Below, piece after piece: positions 13,741 to 25,905 of a stretch of 64,000 nucleotides of DNA. The stretch is from assembly GCA_030265395.1 (NCBI GenBank), contig JARFYF010000012.1, positions 19,910,046 to 19,974,045 of the forward strand. Direction: 5' to 3'. Source of the DNA: Rhina ancylostomus (taxonomy: Eukaryota). A program made the translations under genes and the position numbers. Position 1 is the first letter of the stretch, and every line of letters starts with the position of its first letter. Below the pieces are notes generated by a model. That model was not told the DNA's origin and did no database searches. It saw only the letters and a program-made list of their open reading frames with translations.

Positions 13741-14139
13741 AAATATAGCAACAAGGGTAGCACATGGGCAGAGACTAATTCATTTCCTGAAGACTTGCAA
13801 GTGGAATTGAAACCTTAATTATTTTTAAATATAGCCATTTCTGATCCTTCTATTAGGAAACTCATGAAGCAGAAAGAGGTGGTTAGGCATAAGTCTGTGC
13901 TCTGAAGAACGTGAGCAGTCTTGAGATTGAAACAATCAGCTTTTAACAAGCACATCTATACCCCACTATCCTAAATATGACTCCAGCCAGTGAAGAAGTT
14001 TCATTTTGATTTCCATTGACTTCGTCTTTAATAGAAACATTTATGGAAAAAGCAATAATTTGCACTTGGGATTGATTATTTGTGCTCATTGGAACCATTT
14101 GGTTCCAGGTAGTCCTGACAGAACTTTAATCAAGCATCT

Positions 14140-14535
14140 ATCAATAAGTTGGTGTTGGGACAAATTGTCACTTGAAAACACTGTCCATGACCCCTTTCAT
14201 GCCTTTGTTGATAAGAGGGTATGCAGATGGGGTGGTAATTGGTTGAATTGGGTTATTCCTGACTGATGTTAGTGGCCTGCAAAACTTTGTGCATTTTAGA
14301 GTAGAAGCTAGTGTTGTATCTGTTGTGGAACTGCTGGGTGAGGAGTGGAGCTAAGTCTGAAGAATGTCTTTGCTTAAAGTCAGCAGGTTGTAGGGTCCAT
14401 AGTGTTTGCTGTGTCTGATGTACTTGTACAGAGTAAGAGTTGACTGAAGATCTGTGATGGGAACTTCAGGAGGGTGATGGGCTTCATGGAGTTGGCACAT
14501 CTGGATGAAGGTGGTTGCAAATTCCTCAGCCTTGT
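14140..14535 (-). mobile_element. LINE (CR1/L2-type) ORF2 fragment
   Basis: Minus-strand peptides KAEEFATTFIQ and SDTANTMDP resemble KAEAFATIFSQ and LDTAKAMGPD. Confidence 0.5.
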
Positions 14536-14904
14536 TATGTGCACTTATTAGCTCTACTATTATACAGTACTGGATGCTTATGGAATCTCATATTGTTAGG
14601 TGTCCAGTTGTTCAACCCCAAAAATGATGTAGTAGAAGCACAGAGATTATATGATTGCTTATCTCTGTCTGTATAGCATGCTGTTAAGACATGTGCAGCA
14701 AACCTCTGCCATGTTTGATGGATTAGTTTGATCCAGCAATTGACCCTGTGAAATCTTTGGTGTAAGAAGGCTAACCAGTAAAAGAATTTTGATCTAATGG
14801 AAAAAAGTGTAGATGGAGTATTTTGAAAGTTCCTCAATTTTCTGAAAACCAGGAAATGAGATAAATGCAGAGTTTTTAGGGTTTCATTTTGGAAACTATA
14901 GTAA

Positions 14905-15270
14905 TAGAAAATGGAAATCTGAAATAAAATCAGAAAATGCTAGAAACGTTCAATTGGTCAGGAAGCATTTGTGGAAAGAGAAACATCAGAACTGGGAAAT
15001 TAAGTAAACTGATTTCAAGTTATAGAGGAAAAGGTGGATAGGACAAAGGGAATATATCTGGTAGGATGAGGTCAGGGTTGCCATGGTGATGTTAGTGAAG
15101 CTATCTCTTTGATAGTCTAATGAGGACTGAGGGAGAAAGCAGGATTTCTAGAGACTTTGAAAAGCAGGTCGGAGCTGTTGCAGAGAACTGAAACTAAAAA
15201 GGTAATGTTGAAAATGGCCTGCAGATCTGGCAGACTGGAGAGAGAAAAACAGTTAATATTGCAGATGGAT
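14905..15270 (-). mobile_element. Penelope tandem-tail fragment
   Basis: ggaaatctgaaataaaatcagaaaatgctagaaa is the reverse complement of the tail at 1890-1925 and 50000-50035. Confidence 0.65.
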
Positions 15271-16808
15271 AGCCAGCAGAATAATAGGGGAAAATAGATA
15301 CATTGGTAATGCTGAAGTCTTAAATGTAGGGAATTAAAGAGCAGTTTTTAAAATTTTATTATTTGACAATATTGCAATTATACTACCACAGACTAGAGGT
15401 TTTTAAAGAGTTTATGCACAATTTACTGACAATGGGCAAAAGCCAGCATATAAGAATGTGCTAATTATCCAGCACAATGTTTTAAAAAAATTGTACTGTG
15501 GAATGGCTCTCTGCAAACAACTGGCCTTGTACCCAGATATAATTAATCATATTGCAGTGTTTATGCTAATTAGACAATTGTGAACTTTTATGAAAACTCA
15601 CGAAATGAAGCTTGTTCTTGCTCCAAGGACATTAATGGGCAATATTTAAAAGCTTTAGAATTTTTTTTTGTTTTCCTAAGAAACAGACTTCAGTAATGTA
15701 ACCAGCAAATGGCAGTGTAGTTTTAAAATTTTCAGTTATTTAAAAGATGATTTGCTTTCTGATATATTTGCATCAAACCACTTGATGTATTAGCTGAAGA
15801 AATTCTTAAAATAAATTAAATTAGAGATGCTGCATGATTGTGCTGGATTTTGGCACAGTTGAGCATACAATGTTATACAAATTGATCTATAAGGAAACGG
15901 GAGAGAAAAGCACTTAAAATCTTGCATATTATGCACCTAGTTTGCTGTTTGCTCCCTGAGCAGAAACACATTCCCCTATTGTTTCATTACTTAGCTGAAT
16001 AGGTGGACAACAACACTAACCATCTTGAGCATTTACAAAAGGCCCATAACTTTGAAAGTAACCTTTGTTTAATTTTAGGAGTGATGGATCTTGATGCTAA
16101 TGATCTGGAAATCAAAATAGATTAGAGGAGATGGGGCAGTTTGGGGAATTTCTGAACATTTTTAGGCTGAAATATTGTATTTATTCATTCATGGAATGGA
16201 GACCTCATTGGAATGATTGTTTATCCTTGTTGCCCTTGGAGATGTTGTCTGCTCAGTATATTATCTATTTGAAAAGCCTTTTTAGGCTGTATTTCTGTGT
16301 TTTTACCCCTGATCTAAAGGTTATAAATAATAGATCTTTGTCGGAAATTGAAAGCAGCAAGATTAGTGGGAACGTGTATATTTTACTAGAAATCCAGAAA
16401 ATCGGAGAAAAAATAGGCGACTTGGCTCTTTGATTGTGCTCTGCCATTCAGTACAGCCATGGCTAAAAAGCAGCGTGCTTGGTTTACATTGAAAACTGAT
16501 GAACTGTGCAGAGCTGATAGAAATTTTTAGTTTTTGCAAGCTGAAGTCCTTATCTCTTGTGTTCGACCACTAATACCATACTAAAACACCATTTGTTTAG
16601 AGCACCTGATTTCAAATAAGACTGAGAGAGATTTCAAATGAAGGACAACTTGAGCTTACTTAATATATTGACCTTTTAAATGTATTGAAATACTTAGCTA
16701 CTTGGTGACCATCAACTCAGATCAGCAGATATAATATTTAAAGCAGTTTTTTTTTTAAGTATAAGAAATGTAGCAGTAAATTACAGTAAACATTTTTTTT
16801 AAATTTAG

Positions 16809-17025
16809 GTGGCTCTGATGGATTTGTGAATATCTGGGATCCTTTCAATAAGAAAAGATTGTGTCAGTTCCACCGCTACCCCACCAGTATTGCATCGCTT
16901 GCCTTCAGCAACGATGGCTCTGTTATTGCAATAGCATCATCATACATGTATGAAAAAGGTGAAATAGAACACCCTGAAGACAGTATCTATATTCGGCAAG
17001 TGACAGATGCGGAAACAAAGCCCAA
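16809..17025 (+). CDS. BUB3: BUB3 coding exon (GSDGFVNIWDPFNKKRLCQFHRYPTSIASLAFSNDGSVIAIASSYMYEKGEIEHPEDSIYIRQVTDAETKP)
   Basis: ag|gt...cccaa|gtgag, 217 nt; if unspliced the frame ends K-TGA at 17027-17029. Confidence 0.97.
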
Positions 17026-17576
17026 GTGAGTTTCTCCTCAGCTGGCTTTTATCCTTTCTACCATTTGTCCAAACATTTATTAATTTTTCTAATTTCACGA
17101 AAGAAATTGATGTTGAGTAGATAACACAGTTGCTAGCAGAGCTAGTATTGATTCTATCTTGTTCTTCCAAGCTTTCAATATCCGTTGGATGATAGACGTC
17201 ATATTGATAAAAATGTGCCTACTTGTTTTCTCAGACAGCATGTCAAATGTATCTTTTTTGTGCAGTGCTGCTTGGATCAACAAACGTTTGGTCTTTTACA
17301 TTAGAAGTATTCTCTCAAAATTTCATTTTTCTGTGTAACATTGGTCAATTATGGAAAATTCTTATATTGAGATCTGTGCAATTTTCAGCAGTAATAATTT
17401 GTTATAAACAGCAATTAAAACAGTAATATATGAAATGTTTCAACTGCTCAGATATGCTGATTCTTGGTCTAACTGAAAGTTCATCAGACTTCCAATCTGA
17501 ATTTGTGTGGCAAAGGATCAAAAAGATGACAAATGGCTATCTACCGTAATTCTGCAATTTTTAACCAATGTTTGTA

Positions 17577-17702
17577 AATAAACCTGTTTCTGTAGTTGAT
17601 GTGTATGCAACTTTTCCTTTGAAGTTCACTTGTATGCATTTATTTTGAACTTTATTATGTTTAAAATTCAATAAAGGCATTAATAAAAAATGATTTTTTT
17701 TG
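17577..17702 (+). terminator. Cluster of polyadenylation signals (candidate proximal BUB3 3' end)
   Basis: AATAAA at 17577, 17670 and 17682, followed by a T-rich run, ~550-650 nt after the read-through TGA. Confidence 0.55.
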
Positions 17703-18969
17703 AGCGATTCTGTATTACTTAAGTGCTGGCTTTTACACATAATATCAGCTGAGACAGAGTTGGGGAAGGAGATATAAAATAAAACAACTGGCACTTTGCC
17801 AGATGCATACTGATTGAAAGTTCTAAATTTGTCAAGGCTTTCTTGAAAAATAGTCAAGGATTAATCTTCAGGAAACTTCCTTAAACGTCAATACATTTTA
17901 GGAATTGAAAGATTAAAAAGTTAATAGAAAAGGGAGAAAGAAAATAACAGTTAAAAAAACATGTCTACAGAATTGGGATTTTGTAACTTAATGATGAGAA
18001 TATGCCAGAAGCCACTAGAGCAGCATAATGGGTAACAACCCCAGTCCTCCTCAACACATTGTATGGTGGTTTCATTATTTGGAGCTACTTCAGAAGATTG
18101 CCTAGCTTCCTATCCTGCCTCTAGGTAACATTAACAGCTGCTCTGTCTACCCTGAGCACTCTTGTTGAGTTGCACAGGATAACTTAGTGATCTAGGCACT
18201 TTCAGATCGCTCAATGACCAATTAGTTACTTTCCAGTTGGGGGTGGAGAGACAAAAGGGAAGATGAGTGGAATGTTATTGGGGTTAGATTAGCTTCAAGA
18301 TCTATCTGTTGAAGTAACATCAGAATCAAAGAATCAGTTTAACAGACTCTATCCTATTTTTGGCCAGGTTTATTAGTAATCCTTGAAGCACTGCTACAGA
18401 TTTCTACAGTCTGCATAGTTTTTAAAGGGACTTGAAAGAGCAGAGATGTTTCTTGGTCTCAAGCACTCAAATCTTGGTTAATCCTTTACACAACTACTTG
18501 GAAGGAGACACGTTATTCTTTTTGAAGACTTGTTTGATTGGTAACCCCTTTGCCCAAAACAGCATTTACAGAGCTGTATCTGGGTTCTCAGCTTGTTAGA
18601 TGTGGTGGGTTGCAGTGTATTTTAATACAAGCAGAAACTCCATCTGCAGATTTTCCTGTTTGGTTTGCAGCCTGGATATTAGCAGTTTCCACTTGTATTC
18701 TAGACATCTGCTTTGAACATTGGGGAAACAAACAGCTTAATTGTAGTTGCTCTTTGATTAGGTTGCAATTGGGGAGAGTTTTTAATGTAACATGTAAAGT
18801 GTGGTTTCAAGTCTGTTACCAAATTACAGAATAGATAACTCTAAAAGGTGGGAGAGAAATCAGCAAAAGAACAAATAAGAAGGAAAATGGCTGTGAACTT
18901 GATACTGATTTATTGCACACGGTTGAGGCAAGACAAATCTAGAATGTAGCCAGCTGTAATTTTAAAAAT

Positions 18970-19620
18970 AGAACACAAAGTAGGAGCAGGAGTAGGTCAC
19001 CCGGCCCCTCAAGCCTGCCTTGCCATTCAATATGCTCATGGTTGATATTACCCAGGCCTCAATTCCACTGTGCCAGAACCCTCACCTGATCTTTCCAAAA
19101 ATTTATCTACTTCCACTTTAAATTCTAATGAACTAGTCTCTGTAATTCTCTGGAGTAGAAAATTCCAGAGATTCACTAACCCTGGAAAAATTTCTGTGCA
19201 TCTCTGTATTAAATGACCATCCCCTTATCCTGAAGCAATATCCCCTTGTTTGAGACTTTCTCAGTAGTGAAGATATCTTGACATCTACCCTGTCATGCAC
19301 CCTTAGGATCTATGTGTTTATTTTTATAAACTTGAATACAGACCCAACCTGTCTAGCCTCTCTTAACAGGACAATTCTCTCATCCCAGGAATTAGCCTTG
19401 TGAATCCCTTTCAACCTGCTTCCAATGCAATGTAAGGGAACTAATACTGTGTGTAGTACTCCAGGTATGGCTTCACCAACACCCTGTATAGTTGTATAAA
19501 AACTTCTCTATTTCTAAACAACAATCTCTGCAATAAAGATCAATATTTGCCCTCTTAACCAACCGCATCTGTCTGCTAACTTTTTGTGATTCATGCACAG
19601 GAACACCAAGATCTGTTTAT
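18970..19620 (-). mobile_element. CR1 LINE 3' fragment
   Basis: gaacacaaagtaggagcaggagtagg tail; reverse of the LVxPxLEY region (agtactccaggtatggcttcaccaacacc). Confidence 0.75.
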
Positions 19621-20914
19621 TTGCAGTCTCTTTCCATTGGTCAGATGTGTCTTTAGTGACAGAATTGTTTTATTTTGCTGTCTGTAGATGTGGTTAATTT
19701 CCATTTTTAAAAAATAATTGGCTATATTTTCAAGATTGTTTGTTCATTCAAAATGACTCGTTTGTTCAAGTGGAGTGTGATCGATTTTTGGGTATTGAGA
19801 AAATCAACAGATATGGTTGCTAAAGTAGAAGATCAGCCATGATCTTGGTGAAAGCTGATGCAAGCTTAATGGACTCGATGACATACTTCCATTGTGTTCT
19901 TAAATTTACAGTAGGGACAGACATGGGCATGGTTAGCTGTAAAGCATGAGTTAACTGTTTGGAATACGTAAATAGATTGTAGAAAGATAACTGAAGATTG
20001 CTGACCAGGATCCTTTAAAGTGCCCAATATTAAATTGGCAGTTGCTTTGACCAATCATATTTCTAATGATGAGAAGTGGGAAAGTATCTCCCTTGGAAAC
20101 TATTTTAGTTCAGTTCCAGAGGAAAGCAAGAGGTCAACTGCAATCAAAGGAATAGGTGCAATTCATCTCTTATTATAATTCAGAAAGGAAGGTGATGTAG
20201 AAATTTGTCCTGAGGAATATTATTATGAATAAAAATTGAGAATATTCTTATCAATATGAATATCTTTGCTCATGCCCACAAACCTGAGATTAAATGGCTT
20301 CTAGTGAATAAGAATACCTAACATACATGTAGACTAGATGCCATGGTTTTAATTGTGATGGATTTGACCTACAGAATAGTTCCAGTAAGGCACATTACAC
20401 CAAGTGCCTTTATTGCCATTGCATCCAGATGTTTGTAAGAAGTATTTTGCAGGTATTATCTGGCATATTCCTTTCATAGTTTTTAAAAGAATATGTTACA
20501 TGATGCTTTACTGCTTCTGCAGCATTTAGGACTGGATGTCACGTTTCAAAATATGCTCTTATCTAACGGATCCTGGTTTGAGGCTTAATAGATCTGGCTT
20601 GATTTTCTGTAGAATTCTAGCCAAAGGTGTCTTGTCATGTACTTTTACTGGAAGATGGCTTCTTTGTTTATGAATGTTGATTGTTCAATAGTAAATGTAG
20701 CTTTTAAGCATCCTGCTAAGCAGTTTTCTCTGATTAGTACTTGCATCAGAGTTAGATACTTATGCATTTGTCCTGTTCCAGAGATTAGAATATATAATCT
20801 AAGGTAGTAGTTCAGTGCGGTATTGGAAGCCATGCACAGCAAGAGGCTTGCTTTTAAAGAGGAAATTCACCTGCGGTCTGGGCCTGGTTACTGCTGGAGT
20901 AAAGTGTGAGTTGT

Positions 20915-21080
20915 TAATGTTGGTGCCCTGACCAATAGCTATCCCTCAACCAACATAATTTAAATAGATTACCTTGTCATCTCTGGGTGGGGAGTTCTGT
21001 GTGCAGATTAACTGCTGTATCCTTTGCCTCCAATTTTACTTCAACTGTGCTACATTGAGGTGTCTTGAGATCACATAGTG
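20915..21080 (+). mobile_element. DeuSINE (SacSINE1/AmnSINE-like) 3' part
   Basis: cctgaccaatagctatccctcaaccaacat...agattacc.tgtcat...gttctgtgtgcagattaactgc. Confidence 0.6.
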
Positions 21081-23891
21081 TCTTTCTGTTTCACTCTTCT
21101 AAACTGAGCAATCACTTTCTTGATCTCTATTGTTGGACAGCAGTTAAGTATTAACTACTTTCTTGATCTAAATACCAATGTATAGGCTTGACTTATTTAC
21201 TCTGTAGTCATGGAGCATATTATTAGTTCCCAAGTTCCACCTGCATTAAACATTCAATGTGCCATAATATTGAAAGATTCCTTTTCTGACAAGTAATTTG
21301 CTGCACAAAATCTAGATGTGATGCAGATTATAATGGTGTAGAATTATTTGAAGATTATAGTTTTGACTCTATAGATAAATAGAACATCTTTTTCCCATTT
21401 ACAAAATCCATTGCTTTGTAGTCCCAACAATGGCACAATTATAACCCATTGTTCGTATCTGAGTTGAGAAATTGGGGCTAAATTGCAAATTTTGATTTTA
21501 AAATTCACTGTAAAATGATAGTTCTTCAAGTACAGGAAGCAGCTCTTTGCTCCACTGAGCACGTGCTAGCTTTTTGAACGCTTAATCCAGTTTATCCCAT
21601 TCTGCAGCTCTTTTCCTATGGCCTTTGCAGTTTCCCAATTCCTTTTGAAAGTCATGGTTGAATAGTTTCCACTCTAATGCAGTGAGTTCCAGATCATATT
21701 TATGTCTTGCATGAAAATAATTTTACTCGTGTCACTTTTACACCTTTAAACACCTGTGCACATATGCCTAAAGGTCTCTTTTTTTCCAATTACGTTAGAA
21801 TTAGATGTTGCAAATTGCTGGTTTATTACGCTACGAATCTGATCCATTCAATGCCTTTGAGAAAGTTGCTTCATTAAACAACCAGAAAACAAACAGTTTC
21901 CTATTTAAGGAAGCACAACTCCCATAGACCTACTGCTAGAGGAGACCTCAGTTGACAACAAGTGTAAGAGTCGTCAATAGCCCTTTAAACCATTTGTGAC
22001 CACGGTTCAAAAGGGAAGTCCATTCAATTGATCCAAGAAACAAACAATTCTCCATCAAATCAGTGTTCTTTCATTCCCTCTGCTGTTCTGGTAAGAGAAT
22101 CTCTTTGGTTTATGGCCCTTGGCACCACTCACAATCCCAGACCAAAGTCCTCTCCATCAGTGGAAAATGTTATATACACATGGTCAACCTCCCATCACAT
22201 AACATCACTATAGCAAACAAGCCTTAATTAAGCTGATTAACACATTAACCATTATCACATCAGTGTTTTTTAATAATGNNNNNNNNNNNNNNNNNNNNNN
22301 NNNNNNNNNNNNNNNNNNNNNNNNNNNNNNNNNNNNNNNNNNNNNNNNNNNNNNNNNNNNNNNNNNNNNNNNNNNNNNCTTAATTAAGCTGATTAACACA
22401 TTAACCATTACCACATCAGTGTTTTTTTTAGACAATGTTAGTTGCACATATCACTAAATAGTTAATTGTTAATAAACTAAATAGGATGTATAATATTAGT
22501 ATTCTAACCCAATTACAAAGTTCTTGCTGTCTTCTGTATCACACTACATTATAATCTTTGTATTACTTTTGTCTCAAATGTGCAGAACTGGCACTGTTGC
22601 CCTTGCTCCCCTCACATCCACACTTACCTAGGCTGGGTTTGGCCTGTCTTGTTAGTCTTCTGTCCACTCAACTCCAGCAGTCACTAGGTCCAAGCACAAA
22701 GAAAATACATTATTGAGTTTATTTTTAAATGTCATTTAAAGGTCTTTGAAAACTATCAAAATTGAAGAAAAAAAAGTTCTGTTAATCAACAGGGTTTTGG
22801 ACCCTACATCAGCAGGGACCAGGCATAGGATCTGATTGGCAATACAACACTGTGATGCTGAGTAATTTCAACAAGAGTGGGCCCCACCTTAGAACTTACA
22901 GGAGTTCAAATTTATTAGCAACACCTGGATTCTCAGCACATGTGAGTAAAATTGAGAACTGCCTCACTTTAAATGGCTGAAAACTGATAGTTCTGAACAA
23001 AACTGCTGGCCACAGTCAGGTCCTTTGCCTATCTGCAATGCATCCTTACCAAAATGTATCCATCCATTCAACAAGCTTGTAAGTTTTTCATGAGACTCAG
23101 TAAATTTGATACTCTCTCCTAGCTGGAATTGTTTTCTGGTAAAATACACAAGAATGATTTGGAATTAGTTGTAAAAGATGATTAAATTTGTTCTGTTGGA
23201 ATTGGTTATTGAAATCAAAATATTATCATGACAAGGTTAGTCCGTATTTACAGAGATATTTTGCAAGTGGCCTTCTACATCCCTATGTAGCAGATGGCTT
23301 GCAATTTCCTGGATAGTTCCAGAGAAGTATGGTTAAGGATGGGCTCCTGGGAATTACTGAGATTTTAATTTGATTAGGTAACAAAAATATAGCCATTAAT
23401 AGTAATTGTGGCATCATTTCGTGACTGGAAGCAATTGGCCATTGGCAAACAATTGGTCCCAGTGGGAAGACTGCAACTGCGTAATACTCAGGCAAAAGCA
23501 GAGTTAAGCCACTTATTTATAATTTTTTTTTAATGGTAATTGCATTGCATTAGAGCAAATGTCGACTCAGACAATTTTTATTTAACTGAATTTAATGAAC
23601 AAACCAAAAATGAGTTTAATGGGTTAGGAAAATTTCCAGCAACTAACTGAAATACCCTAAACCAGGATTGAGTGTAATAGCTTAATGATTATTCATTTTT
23701 GGTGCATCAGAGTTTGGATGACAGAATATATTTATTAACAGAAGGCTATACAGAGTGCCAATCTCAGCTCATTTTTGAAACTGGGCTCATAAAATGTAGC
23801 TGTCTGAATATCTTAATTTGCATTTCCAAATAAAATTAAGCTTGTATTTTTAAGTTTAACTGAATATTGAGGTATGCCTCTATTTCTCCAG

Positions 23892-23916
23892 GTCTCAAGA
23901 AAGATCTGAAGTGTAA
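23892..23916 (+). CDS. BUB3: Candidate distal terminal BUB3 exon encoding (K)SQERSEV*
   Basis: Pyrimidine tract ctctatttctccag|g; phase completes the Lys codon, then Ser as in known BUB3 C-termini; TAA at 23914-23916; AATAAA at ~25070. No transcript evidence. Confidence 0.4.
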
Positions 23917-25654
23917 TATTTTTATTTGAAAATTATTAATGTTGTTTTGGGTTAGTAGTCCAAATTTAATTACAGCTGCAAATTGGAGAACCATTCACAG
24001 GTGATCATTATAATTGGTAAAGCAAGACACTGATGTAAGGACAATATGAACTAGTGACTGTAATCAGAAGCAACAGACATCTGATCTGTTACTAGTTTTT
24101 ATCCAGTTCATGAGTTATTGTCTTGCTTGAAGAATTGGGCCCTGTTACCTTGATCAATGACCAGAAATGCTATCTGAGGCAAATTTTAAAGTTGAGCAAT
24201 TCATGGCTCTGGTGAGGTTCTCCAACATTGGGGTTTCTGTTCCCCAACTTGAATTCATATTTCTAAATAAGTACACAGAAATTTAAGCCAATATTTTATT
24301 GTGTATGAAGCTCAAAGTATCATACTTGATAGGACTTACATGCAAATATGCACAAAGGTCTTGCATTAGCTCCAGCATTGTGCAGAAAATCATGCAAGCC
24401 ATGGATCACTGAGTTGTGATAGAGAAAAAGGTCTAGAGGAGGGAGCTGGGGATTGAAGAGGATGGGGGTTGGGTTGAAGGTGTTGTCAGGGCTATTGGAG
24501 TATGGAGCGATATGGGAGTAGGGAAACTGGGTGGGAGAAAACACCACGCATAAACCTTTATGTATGAACTTTGCTGCCTTGCACACTTCAGCTATTGTAC
24601 AAATGTGGTCCCTCTAATTAAAATGAAGATCGGCTATTATGGCCTGCTTAAATTAGAGCAGTTTGTGCTATTTCTGGGCCTCCAATGTGAGAGGTTGGGT
24701 AGAATTCCCTGGAGTGGGTGTCCTGCACAAAAGACCCAATCACATTCACCCAATGGGTTTTCAATTAAATTTGTTTGCATGCTGCACAAAACCACTGTGC
24801 TTTGCAAAAGAATTTGTAGTCCCTTATATTCTCTTTACACATGCTGAATAGCTGGTGCATTTCCAGTACTCTGTTTTGTTCCATGATACTAACATTTTTT
24901 ACTAATTTCCCTCAGCCTAACTGAGCATTCCCCAACTGTTTCCTTAGCATATGACACTGACAATTTTATGACCCAAAATGATGCTGTTAATATGTTATGA
25001 ACATGCATTACAAAACATGCTTGTGGTCATGTTTAAAACATCTAAAATTATTTTAATTTTTCTTAGATTAATAAAATAACACAGGTTATTTAAACCCATT
25101 AGAAAGTTATTTTCTTTAACTGTGGATTGTATAATATATTAGGTTGAATTGCTCTTAAGCAACCTTAAATATAAACTGTAAGTATATTGTCATATCAAAA
25201 TAGTTTCACAATAACACTCATGAATTAGACAAAACTCTACTCTGCCATCACTCTTTTGGTGCACTTACTAATTACGACAGCTTTCCTAAACTCACACTGA
25301 AAGTAAAGTAATACAAAACTAAAGCAAGTATACTGTAAAATACTCAGGAACATTTTCTTTTAGGAAGAGAAGCAATCAGAACCACAGTATATTCAGCAGT
25401 GATTTGAATGAAGATAATAATCTGAATCAATGTGACACCTGTGCATGAGTCTCCTCCCACAACCTGAGGAGACTCCCAGCCTGCCAGAAGAGCTGTGTTC
25501 CCATCCAATGACTAGGAGGTCAGTAGTCTCCTAATCAAGAGGTCAGAGGCAGTACAGTCATACCCTTTCTGTTTCTCTGTGTCACACTTTTCTGAACCAC
25601 TCGCCACTCCCTCTGATGCTCAGCAGAATATAAGGTGACAAGGGCTTGAAATAA

Positions 25655-25905
25655 GTGCTGTTTATTATTATTGTCACATATATCGAGGTACAGTGATAAA
25701 CTTTGTTTTGCGTGCCATCCAATACAGATCATCTCACCACATCAGTATGTTGAGGTAGTACAAAGGGAAAATAACCTTTCCAGAGTGCAGAATGAAGTGT
25801 TACAGTTCCAGAGAAAGTGCAGCACAGACAGACAATAAAGTGCAAGGCCACGATGGGGTAGATTGTGAGATCAAGAGTCCATCTTATCATACAAGAAGTC
25901 CAATT
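25655..25905 (-). mobile_element. LINE 3' UTR fragment (Rex/Babar-like tail)
   Basis: tttattattattgtcacat...gtacagtgataaactttg is the reverse of the ttttcattgtac...tgacaataaa tail at 46605-46655. Confidence 0.55.

Noticed and set aside
17430-17495. Minus-strand CTGATGA...GAAA hammerhead-like or snoRNA-like motif in the BUB3 3' region
   Set aside because: Stem II register is wrong and no stem I/III or C/D box pairing is evident.
22223-22428. ~50-bp direct repeat flanking a 100-N gap
   Set aside because: Typical unmerged contig overlap with one mismatch; assembly artefact. A similar short duplication (tttagcag) flanks the gap at ~55987-56086.
22688-22739. Alternative BUB3 last exon (ag|gtccaag, SKHKENTLL...)
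   Set aside because: Weak pyrimidine tract with nearby upstream AGs; less convincing than 23892.
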